A DNA stretch of 64,000 bases from positions 3,488,001 through 3,552,000 of the forward strand of contig CBDDIJ010000003.1 in the NCBI GenBank assembly GCA_965228855.1, read 5' to 3'. The notes beneath the pieces were generated by a model, which worked only from the letters and a program-made list of their open reading frames with translations, was not told the origin of the DNA and made no database searches. Below are positions 10,087 to 20,197 of the stretch, piece after piece; position 1 is the stretch's first letter; the number at the start of each line of letters is the position of its first letter. The translations under genes and the position numbers were made by a program. This DNA comes from Candidatus Obscuribacterales bacterium. GTDB taxonomy: Bacteria; Cyanobacteriota; Vampirovibrionia; Obscuribacterales; Obscuribacteraceae.

Positions 10087-12258
10087 ATGACCGAAGCACA
10101 GCTTTGCCCAATTTGCAAAAATCCACGCAAGAGTAGCAGCTACGGAAGCCTCACTCAGTGGATCGTTGCCTGTAATTGCGATGTAAATGACATTGAGGCG
10201 GTAGAGGAAGAGAGGCTTTCCGCCATAAACATGTGCCGAACCTGCGGTAAGCGCATCGGTGAAGGGCGAGCAGGTTCGTTCACCCAATTTATTTTTCGAG
10301 CGGATGTCTGCAGGTGTTCCGTACCGAAACCGCTTAGAGACGCTCTCGATGCGGCGCCACCGGTGGATGTGCAAATAGTTGTCGATGAAATCGACGAACA
10401 ACCGTTATCGTTGGGCGCCACTTCTTTTCCAATGGACCGCTACAAGCCCCTCGCTCAACTCGGGGCCGGCGCTGGCGGCTCCGTTTACCTCGCCCAGGAT
10501 ATGTTTTTGAACAAAAGAGTTGCGGTGAAGATGCTGCATATGCTTGAGGCGAAACAGCTTGTCGCCTTTCAAGAAGAAGCCAGAGCGAATAGCCGGTTGA
10601 ATCATCCGAATATCGTCGGAATTCTGGACTTTGGACTGACCGAAGACGGAGTACCATATATGGTGCTCGACTATTTTCAGGGCTCGACTCTGGAAAAGGT
10701 CTTAGAACAACAAGGTCCTCTAGACTGGAGCGCTACGCAAAATATTTTCGTGCAGACCTGCAATGCGCTCGCTTACGCGCATCAGAATGGCGTATTTCAT
10801 AGAGATATCAAACCGAGCAATTTGCTGTTGCTCGATAATGGTGATGGCGGTGTCGATGTTCGCATCATAGACTTCGGTATTGCTAAAATCAGCAGCCCTG
10901 ATAAAGAGCGTGCGCAGAGCGGCGAGCAGCTTCTTGTCGGAGCACCGATTTACATGAGTCCCGATGAAGGTCTCGGCTTGCCATACGACGGAAGATCAGA
11001 AGTCTACTCTCTCGGCTGCGTGATATTTGAATGCCTTACTGGCCGGCCGCCATTCGTTGGTGAGAATGCCTATCAGACTCTCAGCATGCACGCGACAGAT
11101 ACTCCACCACATCTGGTGGATGTTAGACCGGATGGCAACTATCCTCCCGGTCTTGAAGCATTAGTCGAGAGAGCATTGGCGAAGCGCCCGGAAGACCGCT
11201 TCGCAAGCATGCTTGACCTTCGACAGGCGATTCAAGACATAGATCCCAATTACTTATCACAGCAGCCAATTGATGCCGAACAGAAACAGAGTGCATCACC
11301 TGCAGTGGCAATTAAAACGGTGGCAACGATTTTGATAATAGCCGCGATCGGCTTTCTCGCAGCACAAAGTATGGTGAAGCCGCAGCTGCCGTCGAGAAAG
11401 GAAACAGAAGAGAAGCGACAACTGGAGCGCAAAACTGCTGCCTATCATAAGAATGAGCAAGAAATCAACGACATAAAAACCAACGTAATTCTCGACGAAT
11501 TGAATCTAACCGGCGGTGGATGGAATCGTGAAGAGCCTACGATGATAGAAGGTCATGAAGTCACGGACGAGGATTTTAAAAAGCTCAAAGACCTCGACAA
11601 CGTTCAGAACTTCAAAGTGACGATGGAATCTAAAGTTTCCGGAGTCGGTTTCAAGTACATTCCGGAAGCTAAGTTTCAATCGATCTTAATAATGAGCCAT
11701 ATGTTCAATGATGAAGGTGCAGAGTACCTCTCCAAGATCAACACGATTAAGCGCCTTTGTTTTCACTACGATAATCTGATGACACCAAAAGGGATGCAAC
11801 GCCTGGTCGATGGATTGCCGGAGATGAGAACACTGCAACTGCGATTCATGGAGTTGAAACCGGGAATGATCCGTACACTGAAGGGCGCTAAGAAGCTCAA
11901 CACAGTGGACCTGGGTCACTCGCACGGACTCACAAAAGAGGCTCTGCATGACCTTGCAGAAGTTAAATCGCTAAAAGTTCTGACGCTCACAAATGCTGGT
12001 ATTGATGATGAAGCCATCGAAATTCTTTCCAAGCTTCCGAATGTATCGCACATGGATATCAATGAAAACCAGCTTTCAGACGAGGGTCTCATGCTCCTCG
12101 GTCGAAAAATGAAGAACTTGAGAAGCTTAAAAACCACCGTTGCAGGAAAACTAACGTCGCTCGGAGTGAAACGGTTTGAAAAGCTACGACCAGACGTGAA
12201 GGTTTCAATCGGAGAAGACGGTACCAGTAAATTAATCCAAATGCTGCAACAACAATGA
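10087..12258 (+). CDS. Transmembrane Ser/Thr protein kinase with Cys-rich N-terminus and C-terminal LRRs
   Basis: GAGAGG, VAVK, HRDIKPSN, DFG; TM helix ATILIIAAIGFLAA; LRR-like LxxLxL repeats. Confidence 0.93.
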   Translation: MTEAQLCPICKNPRKSSSYGSLTQWIVACNCDVNDIEAVEEERLSAINMCRTCGKRIGEGRAGSFTQFIFRADVCRCSVPKPLRDALDAAPPVDVQIVVDEIDEQPLSLGATSFPMDRYKPLAQLGAGAGGSVYLAQDMFLNKRVAVKMLHMLEAKQLVAFQEEARANSRLNHPNIVGILDFGLTEDGVPYMVLDYFQGSTLEKVLEQQGPLDWSATQNIFVQTCNALAYAHQNGVFHRDIKPSNLLLLDNGDGGVDVRIIDFGIAKISSPDKERAQSGEQLLVGAPIYMSPDEGLGLPYDGRSEVYSLGCVIFECLTGRPPFVGENAYQTLSMHATDTPPHLVDVRPDGNYPPGLEALVERALAKRPEDRFASMLDLRQAIQDIDPNYLSQQPIDAEQKQSASPAVAIKTVATILIIAAIGFLAAQSMVKPQLPSRKETEEKRQLERKTAAYHKNEQEINDIKTNVILDELNLTGGGWNREEPTMIEGHEVTDEDFKKLKDLDNVQNFKVTMESKVSGVGFKYIPEAKFQSILIMSHMFNDEGAEYLSKINTIKRLCFHYDNLMTPKGMQRLVDGLPEMRTLQLRFMELKPGMIRTLKGAKKLNTVDLGHSHGLTKEALHDLAEVKSLKVLTLTNAGIDDEAIEILSKLPNVSHMDINENQLSDEGLMLLGRKMKNLRSLKTTVAGKLTSLGVKRFEKLRPDVKVSIGEDGTSKLIQMLQQQ

Positions 12259-12361
12259 CATAACGGCACGGTGAAAGAAAACCGTTTAGCTTTGTGGACA
12301 TCGGGAATAAGACTCTCTGGATTACATATATGTATTAGATCAGGTTCTCCTTCTCCTTACT

Positions 12362-13666
12362 ATGCCACATGCTCACGATCCGCTCGTTGGCACCACACTC
12401 GATGGGCGCTTTCTCATCGAGGAGTTGATCGGTTCGAGCAGTCTCAGTAACGTATACAGAGCGACACAGCTACGCGTCAATCGTGATGTCGCCGTTAAAA
12501 CACTGAAGTTTCACATTGATGATAAGCAGGCTCACAGAGACCGTTTTCAAAACGAGGTCGATCTTCTCTGCGCGCTCAGTCATCCTAACATAGTCACTCT
12601 CTTCGATTGGGTACCAGGTCCGGATGGACAACCATGCGTGATCATGGATTACCTGCCCGGAAGAAATCTGGAAAGACTACTGGCGGAAGATGGACCTCTG
12701 AACATTTCTCGCTTTACGCGAATTTTTGTGCAAGTACTTGGCGCGCTTGAACATGCTCATCGCAAGGGAGTGATTCATCGCGACGTGAAACCAGGCAATA
12801 TCGTCCTTATGGATAAAGAGACCGATTTCATAAAAGTCGTTGACTTCGGTCTGGCAAAATTCAACCAGACAAGCTTGGCAGACGGCGAGGAAATCTGCGG
12901 AAGCCCTCCATACATGAGTCCCGAACAGTGCATGGGCAAGCCTGGAAGCGAGCGCTCCGACATCTACTCTATCGGCGTGGTTATGTACGAGATGATTACG
13001 GGAAAAGACCCGTTCCATCAAGCTACTTCGATGTACGAGTTAATTCAATGCCATGTGAAAAAACAACCGCCGCCTTTGAAAGAAGCAAACGGGCTTCTCA
13101 GTTATCCAGTCGGACTGGAACCACTTCTTCTGAAAGCGATGGCCAAGGATCCAGCTGACAGACACCAGTCTGCTAACGAACTGAAGGAGCATTTAGTAGC
13201 AACCTGTTTGAAAGCAGCAGACAACGAATCCGGATTATCCAGCACCTTGAAGCTTGATAATGAGACTTCAAAACTGGCGAATCAGCCTCAAGCCGGATTA
13301 AGCTCACCTGCCGGCATCGGCAGTGGGAGACTAGGTTTAGGCAGCGGTCTGGGCGTCACGTCGGGAGTTGCAAACGCAGCCGAAGGAATTTCTGCGAGTA
13401 TCGCTGGCGACACCAACACCACATCCGGTATCACATCGCCCTCAGCTTCGAGCACCTCGACGTCCGCTTCAATTCGTCAGAACGCCCATCGAATGGCAAA
13501 AAATCCCTTCATGGGAAACATTCCCATCACTCTCGTCTTCGCTCTTCTGATCGTCATTGGACTGATTTTTGGCAGCATCCAATTTTTAACATCGCTGAAA
13601 CAAAGCAAAAATACAGTCGTTCAAACTTCGGAATCAACAGACTCATCACTATCGAAGACAAAGTGA
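12362..13666 (+). CDS. Ser/Thr protein kinase with C-terminal TM anchor
   Basis: VAVK, HRDVKPGN, DFG, GSPPYMSPE; degenerate Gly loop (GSSSLS); TM ITLVFALLIVIGLIFG. Confidence 0.93.
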   Translation: MPHAHDPLVGTTLDGRFLIEELIGSSSLSNVYRATQLRVNRDVAVKTLKFHIDDKQAHRDRFQNEVDLLCALSHPNIVTLFDWVPGPDGQPCVIMDYLPGRNLERLLAEDGPLNISRFTRIFVQVLGALEHAHRKGVIHRDVKPGNIVLMDKETDFIKVVDFGLAKFNQTSLADGEEICGSPPYMSPEQCMGKPGSERSDIYSIGVVMYEMITGKDPFHQATSMYELIQCHVKKQPPPLKEANGLLSYPVGLEPLLLKAMAKDPADRHQSANELKEHLVATCLKAADNESGLSSTLKLDNETSKLANQPQAGLSSPAGIGSGRLGLGSGLGVTSGVANAAEGISASIAGDTNTTSGITSPSASSTSTSASIRQNAHRMAKNPFMGNIPITLVFALLIVIGLIFGSIQFLTSLKQSKNTVVQTSESTDSSLSKTK

Positions 13667-13670
13667 GGGC

Positions 13671-15335
13671 TCAATCAGCCATTTTGAAAACGACATCCCT
13701 CATCTCGCGAAGAGCGACCTGATCGGACGTCTCCGCGTGAACTATAACGCAATCATCACCGATTCTTCCGTAAGCAACGAATCCCGAGAGTTTGGCGCTC
13801 TGCCACTGAGCAAACTCGAATTGAACGGTCTCTCCGACAACTTGCTCACTATCACCAGTTGTGAAACGTCTGGCCCGCTTCTCTCGGCGAACCTGTTTTA
13901 AAAGTCCCTGAATAACAGGCTCGCTCTCATTCTCTACAGGCGTTTGAATGGACAGCTTAAACTGAGTATCCTGCCCCTTATATGCTCTCAGGTGATACTT
14001 CACGCCAACCAAAGCCTTCAATCCTTTTCCATCGTCAGCGGCAACTGAATAGTCTGAGGGGAAGGAAATCTTCATTGAACCGATGGCAGTCGCCTTATCC
14101 TTTTTATTATCCACACGGAAAGATGCTGTCATTGTTGACGCGCTCTTTGCTGATGTATTGCCGTCATCGACGCGCAGGCTAATCTTGAACTCCGCAGATG
14201 AAGTTCCCTCGGAGACCAGCGGACTGACCTTCAATTTAAGCAGAGCATCGCCGGTCTTCACCGGGACAATCGGCAACCGCACGAGTATTTCGTCGTCGTA
14301 ACTGAAATCTTCAACATCGACAGTCCAGATGCACGAATTGGCAGTCGGGGTAAGTTGCGCGATAAACGGCCAGAACGATTCATCGTCAGGATCGGGCGGC
14401 TCGAAATCATCATCATCGGTCTGACTGTGCCACTTTTCCAGCGATACGCGAACAAACTCAAACATCCCTTGGCTGAGAGCTTCTCCCTCCAAATTTACTC
14501 TCACTCCCTGCGACCCGGCCCCTTCATTTCGGATGGTGCCGTACCAATTCAATTCCTCGCCAGTTTCGAGCTCAAATTCTGCAGCTTCCGTTCTGAGGTC
14601 TGCATCCGCACCGTCGGAAGACCGGGAAGAGAGACGACTTCTGCGTTGGCGCTCCGTTATCAACATCGGTGGACCAACGATGGTTTCGCGAGTTTTCTTC
14701 TCGTGTTCGCTCTGTAGTAGTTTAAACCTATTAGAGTCGGCACCGCCCTGTCTAATATACTTATATCCCAGACACACGCGGTCTCGAGGCAAACCAAGGC
14801 GCATCCCCAGACTGGCAGCCAGAACGTCGCCGCGGAATATCGAGGTGGAACTGAGAGCTTTCTCAAGGTCCTTTCGCATAATGTGCCAGACAAATTTCAA
14901 GGTTCCAGCAAAGCGACCGGGTTTCTTCGAGAAGGTCTCTGTGAGGTCTTTAATAGTGGTGCCGGGCACGCAGTAACGCGCGACAGCCTGCATATTTCCG
15001 CCGGATGGACTGACATCTTCTCCACCGAAGTAACCTGGATCTGATTCATACTCATCGACTTGCCGGCCGCTCTCACAGAGCACATACCAGAACAGATCGC
15101 TGTCATGAACAAGAAAACCGAAGACGCCCGTATCAAGCTGCTTCGACAAAGACACTGCCAGACTTCGCAGAATTCGAGGGTCCTGGCTCTCGCTGCTTCG
15201 AGGATACACGCTGATCCACCCCCGCTCGCAAGCACTGGAGACATATGCCGGCAAAATGTTTTCGTCTTGCAAAATGCTGACGACGCGTTCAAAGTCACGA
15301 GTTCGCAACTGCAAATTTGTATAAGACGAACCCAT
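13671..15335 (-). CDS. Multi-domain hypothetical protein
   Basis: 554-aa ORF with GGAGGG upstream; no family recognised. Confidence 0.7.
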   Translation of the reverse strand: MGSSYTNLQLRTRDFERVVSILQDENILPAYVSSACERGWISVYPRSSESQDPRILRSLAVSLSKQLDTGVFGFLVHDSDLFWYVLCESGRQVDEYESDPGYFGGEDVSPSGGNMQAVARYCVPGTTIKDLTETFSKKPGRFAGTLKFVWHIMRKDLEKALSSTSIFRGDVLAASLGMRLGLPRDRVCLGYKYIRQGGADSNRFKLLQSEHEKKTRETIVGPPMLITERQRRSRLSSRSSDGADADLRTEAAEFELETGEELNWYGTIRNEGAGSQGVRVNLEGEALSQGMFEFVRVSLEKWHSQTDDDDFEPPDPDDESFWPFIAQLTPTANSCIWTVDVEDFSYDDEILVRLPIVPVKTGDALLKLKVSPLVSEGTSSAEFKISLRVDDGNTSAKSASTMTASFRVDNKKDKATAIGSMKISFPSDYSVAADDGKGLKALVGVKYHLRAYKGQDTQFKLSIQTPVENESEPVIQGLLKQVRREKRARRFTTGDSEQVVGETVQFEFAQWQSAKLSGFVAYGRIGDDCVIVHAETSDQVALREMRDVVFKMAD

Positions 15336-15473
15336 TCGAGCCCTCCCGATCGAATCTACCCAAAAGACGGTGCTGCCAAGCTTCGATTACAGTCTCCGGA
15401 GGGCAACATTTTGAGCAATTTGAAATGGTATCATTGCAGCAAAGGTCCGATCCAGACAGCCTTGGGAGGCGTT

Positions 15474-16148
15474 ATGCAAGTCACAGCAGAGCTTCGCTGG
15501 TTCTGGAACTCTCCGCAGGATGAGCTTAAAGAGTGGTTCTGCGATGAGAGTATTCATGACTTTCCCGCTGGTGGCGGTAGTAAGCGCGTTGACTTATATT
15601 TCCGCGATGCTGCGCAAATCGAATTGGGTTTAAAACATCGTGGTGGTCGGCCAGGCGTTGAAATCAAAGGTTTGGTTTCAGTCACCGCCGGTGGTTGCAC
15701 AGAAACGCCTTTCGATGGCGATATCGAAACGTGGTCGAAGTGGACTGCGCACGGACTGCTCCTCGATAGGAGCAAAGTCGTGGCTACTGAGAAACAGAGG
15801 TGGATGCGCAGATTCGACACTTCTGGAGAGAAAACGCTTGAGCTTCTCCTCGATGGAAAAGAAAGGTCGGCACACGTGCCTGACCGGGGTTGCAACCTCG
15901 AGTTTACGGCAATTCGTTTCGTTGATGCCGAAACTCATGTCCCAATTGAAGATCAACCTGACTGGTATACATTGTCGTTCGAAGCATTCGGAATTTTCGA
16001 AAGCCTTCCGGAGAACCTGCGCAAAGCAGCCGCCGAAATCGTACGGCGCAATCCGCCGACAGTTTCGAATAGCATCAGAGCGAGCTATCCGAAATGGCTA
16101 AGCCAATTCGCTCCTGATTCACTGCTGTTGCATTCGGTCTCGACTTAG
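15474..16148 (+). CDS. CYTH-like (triphosphate tunnel) hypothetical protein
   Basis: ATG 15474 after GGGAGG; N-terminal ELRWF, RVDLYF, LKHR, EIK and late CNLEFT/SFEAF motifs. Confidence 0.6.
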   Translation: MQVTAELRWFWNSPQDELKEWFCDESIHDFPAGGGSKRVDLYFRDAAQIELGLKHRGGRPGVEIKGLVSVTAGGCTETPFDGDIETWSKWTAHGLLLDRSKVVATEKQRWMRRFDTSGEKTLELLLDGKERSAHVPDRGCNLEFTAIRFVDAETHVPIEDQPDWYTLSFEAFGIFESLPENLRKAAAEIVRRNPPTVSNSIRASYPKWLSQFAPDSLLLHSVST

Positions 16149-16172
16149 TTCGGTGAAAACAGCGGACCTGGT

Positions 16173-17411
16173 TTACGCCGCAGATGGCACCGTATGCGAT
16201 GCCTTCTTGGATGTCTGTAGCGCTGAATACATCGCAACTCGAGCCCTTTGATCTACCAGATGAATAGTGCGGTGGGGATGGTATTCCCACGAAGACATGA
16301 ATTCTATAAGACTGATAGCGGGAGCAGCCTCGAGGCGGGCGACCCTGTGACCCTTTCGCGAAGCACTTCCGGTTATTTCCAGTTCCAACCTATCGATGGC
16401 TCTCCAGGCCTCTTCAACGCTAAACTCATACTGCTGAAGCGTGTGGGCAAGTATTAACATCTGTTCCAAACGATCCAGATCTCTTATAAATTCACCGCCG
16501 CTTCTGCGGCGCTCAAGGCGCAGGCGCTCACCATACTGTGTTCCATCGCCCCGCTCTTCGTGCATCAGACGCCACATACGACCGCGCACCGTATGCAACA
16601 CTACCATGGAGTCCGTGACGTCTTCAGGTGCTATGCCGTAAAAATTCGCAATGGACATTGAAACGTATTTACAAAGTTCCATTAGCTCTTGATCCAGAGT
16701 CGACCCGGATAGAGCGACACCGTAGTGCGCAGCTAAGCGAACAATCATCGATTCGACGATCCGGCGAATTCTGGGCTCAAAAGAATCGCGCATAACTGAC
16801 AGACCAAGATGCATCTCTAGTCGGTCCAACGAACGGTTCAACTCGGGGATCGCATCGCTGCGCGTTTGATAATAAATGGATATCGGCAAAAGAAATATTT
16901 CTCGAGGACTGCCACTGTCCATCAGTCGTTGCTGAGCGATAAGCATGTTGCGAATACCGTCTTCCTTCAGAGGAAGAATGGCATCATCGCGACCGGTAAC
17001 ATCGCCTTCAGGAAACATAATCAGTTTGCGCTTCGCCTCTGTGATAAGAGAAATTGTCATTTCCTTGCTGGCATGATCCTCGGGTAGCCCTCGAATGACA
17101 GAATACGTGCCGACCTGTTGCATGCACCATCCGCGCAATCCGAGCGTTCCATCGAACTGCTCGCGCGAGGACAGATAATAGAAGTCTTCGTCGCAGAACT
17201 TCGACAATGCGAACGCGCAGAGTGGGTCGAATCTATCCGAGTGATTCAACAGCAGCACAGTGCTTTTTCCACCCAATCGGCGAACCGCTTCCACACACTG
17301 CGCGGAAGCGGTGACTTCAAGTTGCTGATACTGCAACACTGCCGGCAATATCAGTTTTGTAAAAGCGCATGCCAGGGAATTTTCCCTGGGCGGAATCAAA
17401 TCATTATTCAT
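16173..17411 (-). CDS. 1-acyl-sn-glycerol-3-phosphate acyltransferase family (PlsC-like)
   Basis: NHSDRFD (HxxxxD) and FPEG motifs. Confidence 0.85.
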   Translation of the reverse strand: MNNDLIPPRENSLACAFTKLILPAVLQYQQLEVTASAQCVEAVRRLGGKSTVLLLNHSDRFDPLCAFALSKFCDEDFYYLSSREQFDGTLGLRGWCMQQVGTYSVIRGLPEDHASKEMTISLITEAKRKLIMFPEGDVTGRDDAILPLKEDGIRNMLIAQQRLMDSGSPREIFLLPISIYYQTRSDAIPELNRSLDRLEMHLGLSVMRDSFEPRIRRIVESMIVRLAAHYGVALSGSTLDQELMELCKYVSMSIANFYGIAPEDVTDSMVVLHTVRGRMWRLMHEERGDGTQYGERLRLERRRSGGEFIRDLDRLEQMLILAHTLQQYEFSVEEAWRAIDRLELEITGSASRKGHRVARLEAAPAISLIEFMSSWEYHPHRTIHLVDQRARVAMYSALQTSKKASHTVPSAA

Positions 17412-17525
17412 AATAAAATCTCTGGGCTCTCACCCGTCGCGGTTGCTTATCAGCTTCGATACTTTCGTAGCACGCAAGACCGCAATCGATGACCAGTTGG
17501 TCCACCAGCGCGGTTTAGGCGACGG

Positions 17526-18983
17526 CTAACCCCCATCTCCCGTCTTATTCCTGATTTTGGACAGGGGCTTTCCCAGCGCACGAGCGATAAACTCACCAGG
17601 TCTGGCTTGAGCAGCTTGCTTCCAGTGTTTGACGCGAAAACGGAGGGAATTGGAATAGGTCATTTCGTACAAGCTCCGCTCAAACGCGTCAATCAACGCT
17701 TGCAGGTCGGTAGCGAGAGTTTCCGGCTGACCGGGATATAGTGAAGCACGTCTGTCCTCAAATAATTTGCGTGCTGTTTCATAAAGCTCCACGGTTTCAC
17801 TTGTAGTTTGCTCGACGCTGAACTTTTCGAGAGCTCGCATCCTTGCATTTGCACCGAATTGTTTTCGAGCATCCTCATTAGTGACAAGTTTTGTAAGCGC
17901 CTCAGCTAGAGCCTCACTTTCGGCAGGCGGAACAACAAGTCCGCACTCGCCATTCAACGCATACTCCTTGGCGCCACCAGCTGCGGTGACCACCACCGGC
18001 TTTCCGCAAGACATGGCCTCGATAACGGTCATCGGCGCATTGTCATACAAAGACGGTAGAACACAAATATCGGCGGCGCGATAATAGTCCGGCATCTGCG
18101 CCAGGGGAACTCCCTGGACGAACAATACACTGCCCTCACACGCATTCTCTCTGAGCCGGGTCTGAAGTTCCTCGAGAACTGAACCATTTCCGGATTCTGT
18201 CTTTGTGTCTTTGCCTACTAAAACGAACTGAACTTTTCTACCGCTCACTGCTTTTAAAACTAAAGGCACAGCATCAATCAGATGATGCACACCCTTTCGC
18301 TGCTCCAGCCGGCCGACAAACAAAATTTTGACGGCATCGCGGTCAAGATCAGCAACTGGTCCCTCCGGTGTAAATTTGTGAACGTCAACCGGATTGCGCA
18401 CGATCCGAATTCGGTCAAGAGGTAGGTTCAAATCTTTGGCGACATATTCAGCGAGGTCTTCACTGGGAGAGACTAAAACATTCGCGGAGATCATCGCGAC
18501 TCGTTCCATCGCAGTTAAGATGCGATGATCGAACGTTGGCTGGAAATTGTGAAATTTCTCTTTCACTAACTTCGAGTGTGGCGTATGGAGCCGGATGACC
18601 AGAGGCACCACGCCCGCCAGTGAAGGCAGTAATCCCTCAGCAAAATGCTCCGGACATTCGAGCACATCAAACGCCTGTTGCCTGTGAAGCTCCAAGAATT
18701 TTGTCCATAAACCGGTCGTCTCTTCCAGCATTGGACGCGTAACCGGCAGGCAGAAGTTGAAGAATCCCATGTTTACGGCCATGCGCGTGGATGGGACTCG
18801 ATGCACGAATGGCTCGCCGTTACCCCCACGCAGAGGTGCGTCATTGGCGGAAGAACTCAGAGAAACAACATGAACGTCATGTCCTTGCGCAGTCAGACCG
18901 CGCGCGAGATGGTGCGTAAATGTTCCAATTCCGCCCCAGCCCGTTTCCGGTGGATATTCGCGCGAGATCAAGCAGACTCTCAT
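17526..18983 (-). CDS. Glycosyltransferase family 4
   Basis: MRVCLISREYPP..GG, FVGRLEQRKG, PSLYDNAPMTVIEAMSCGKPVV; ORF track begins at 19007. Confidence 0.93.
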   Translation of the reverse strand: MRVCLISREYPPETGWGGIGTFTHHLARGLTAQGHDVHVVSLSSSANDAPLRGGNGEPFVHRVPSTRMAVNMGFFNFCLPVTRPMLEETTGLWTKFLELHRQQAFDVLECPEHFAEGLLPSLAGVVPLVIRLHTPHSKLVKEKFHNFQPTFDHRILTAMERVAMISANVLVSPSEDLAEYVAKDLNLPLDRIRIVRNPVDVHKFTPEGPVADLDRDAVKILFVGRLEQRKGVHHLIDAVPLVLKAVSGRKVQFVLVGKDTKTESGNGSVLEELQTRLRENACEGSVLFVQGVPLAQMPDYYRAADICVLPSLYDNAPMTVIEAMSCGKPVVVTAAGGAKEYALNGECGLVVPPAESEALAEALTKLVTNEDARKQFGANARMRALEKFSVEQTTSETVELYETARKLFEDRRASLYPGQPETLATDLQALIDAFERSLYEMTYSNSLRFRVKHWKQAAQARPGEFIARALGKPLSKIRNKTGDGG

Positions 18984-19090
18984 GTGCGCAAGTCTACTGC
19001 CCCTCACCGCATGCAGCTTGAATTCTTTCTTATATAGGCGAAACCCTTCATTGCCGAAACGACACCATAGTTATCACGCGCCGAAAACCG

Positions 19091-20197
19091 CTACTTTTTG
19101 AAGTCTCTGTTAAGGTTCACAGGCTCGACTTTGCCGCCGCCAGTGGATTGAAGTGCTCTAATTCGGGCCTCGGCGGCTGCATAATATTCCTTTTTTCGAC
19201 GTTCGAAATCTTCTTTGAGAAACTTTTTCTTACTCTCGGCTTCTTCGGTCAATGTGTTCATCTCAATCGCTCTAGTCCTGCTGTCACTGTTTTGTATATT
19301 GGTCAGTGCAGCCTCGAGATCCTCCTGAATTTGCCTGATGGAATTGTTGACCCGCAGCTCATCATGACTAACGCGCGCATCAACCTCATCAACAACGAGT
19401 TTACGCTGTTCTGCCATTTTCTCTTCTGCGATTGTTCTCAACCGGGTTTTTCTGCTGGTTTTTGCGAGTTGTTCAACCTCTCGAACCAACTCGGTTTCAG
19501 AAATAATATTTTGAAATTCTCTATAAGGCTCCCCGAGATTAGCAACCAGCAATACTGTGGGACAGGTCCTCAACGCATACTTCTCTATTAATGCGGCCGA
19601 CTTCGCATCGCCGGTTTTAGCCATTAATCGAATAAACTCAATTCGATCTCCAAATTTAGAGTAGAGGTCTGTTAGAGTGAGATCGACGCTGTGACACTTC
19701 GGGCAGCCGCATAGCAATGCCACCACCTGGGGTATCTGATCCACACGTACCTTTTCGATTTTTTCATGCTCTGAATTTTTGGACGAAGATTTTTTTGTTC
19801 CAACCTTCACCGAAGCCGCTGGGGGTTTAGCAGATGGATTTGCAGTGGCAACCGCTCCCGGCGCTTCTCCGCCCTCAAGTGATTTAAGAGCCGTTTCGGA
19901 ATACTTTCCTAACTGCCCAGAGGGATCCAGAGCCATAGTCAACTTATATTCACGAATTGCATCAGCCTTCAAATTCAACTTCACCAATGCACTGGCCATG
20001 TAATAGTGAAGCATCGGATTGTCGGACTCCGTAGATTTTGCCTGATTAAAAACGCCGAGAGATTCCATATACTTGCCCTTGTTGTAGAGCGCAATACCCT
20101 CATTGAGAGCAGCACTTGCGGCAAAGGCACTGCCACTGCTCATGCAAAGTACAGTCAAAAGGAGAGCTGCTATCGAACCTTTTACATTCATGGTCAA
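19091..20197 (-). CDS. Exported TPR / thioredoxin-like (CxxC) / coiled-coil protein
   Basis: Signal peptide; TPR (HYYMASAL); CGCPKC plus CPT cis-Pro-like motif; start overlaps the upstream stop (ATGA). Confidence 0.75.
   Translation of the reverse strand: MTMNVKGSIAALLLTVLCMSSGSAFAASAALNEGIALYNKGKYMESLGVFNQAKSTESDNPMLHYYMASALVKLNLKADAIREYKLTMALDPSGQLGKYSETALKSLEGGEAPGAVATANPSAKPPAASVKVGTKKSSSKNSEHEKIEKVRVDQIPQVVALLCGCPKCHSVDLTLTDLYSKFGDRIEFIRLMAKTGDAKSAALIEKYALRTCPTVLLVANLGEPYREFQNIISETELVREVEQLAKTSRKTRLRTIAEEKMAEQRKLVVDEVDARVSHDELRVNNSIRQIQEDLEAALTNIQNSDSRTRAIEMNTLTEEAESKKKFLKEDFERRKKEYYAAAEARIRALQSTGGGKVEPVNLNRDFKK

Noticed and set aside
15060..15473. N-terminal extension of the CYTH-like ORF
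   Set aside because: Overlaps the divergent gene; RBS and motif support ATG 15474
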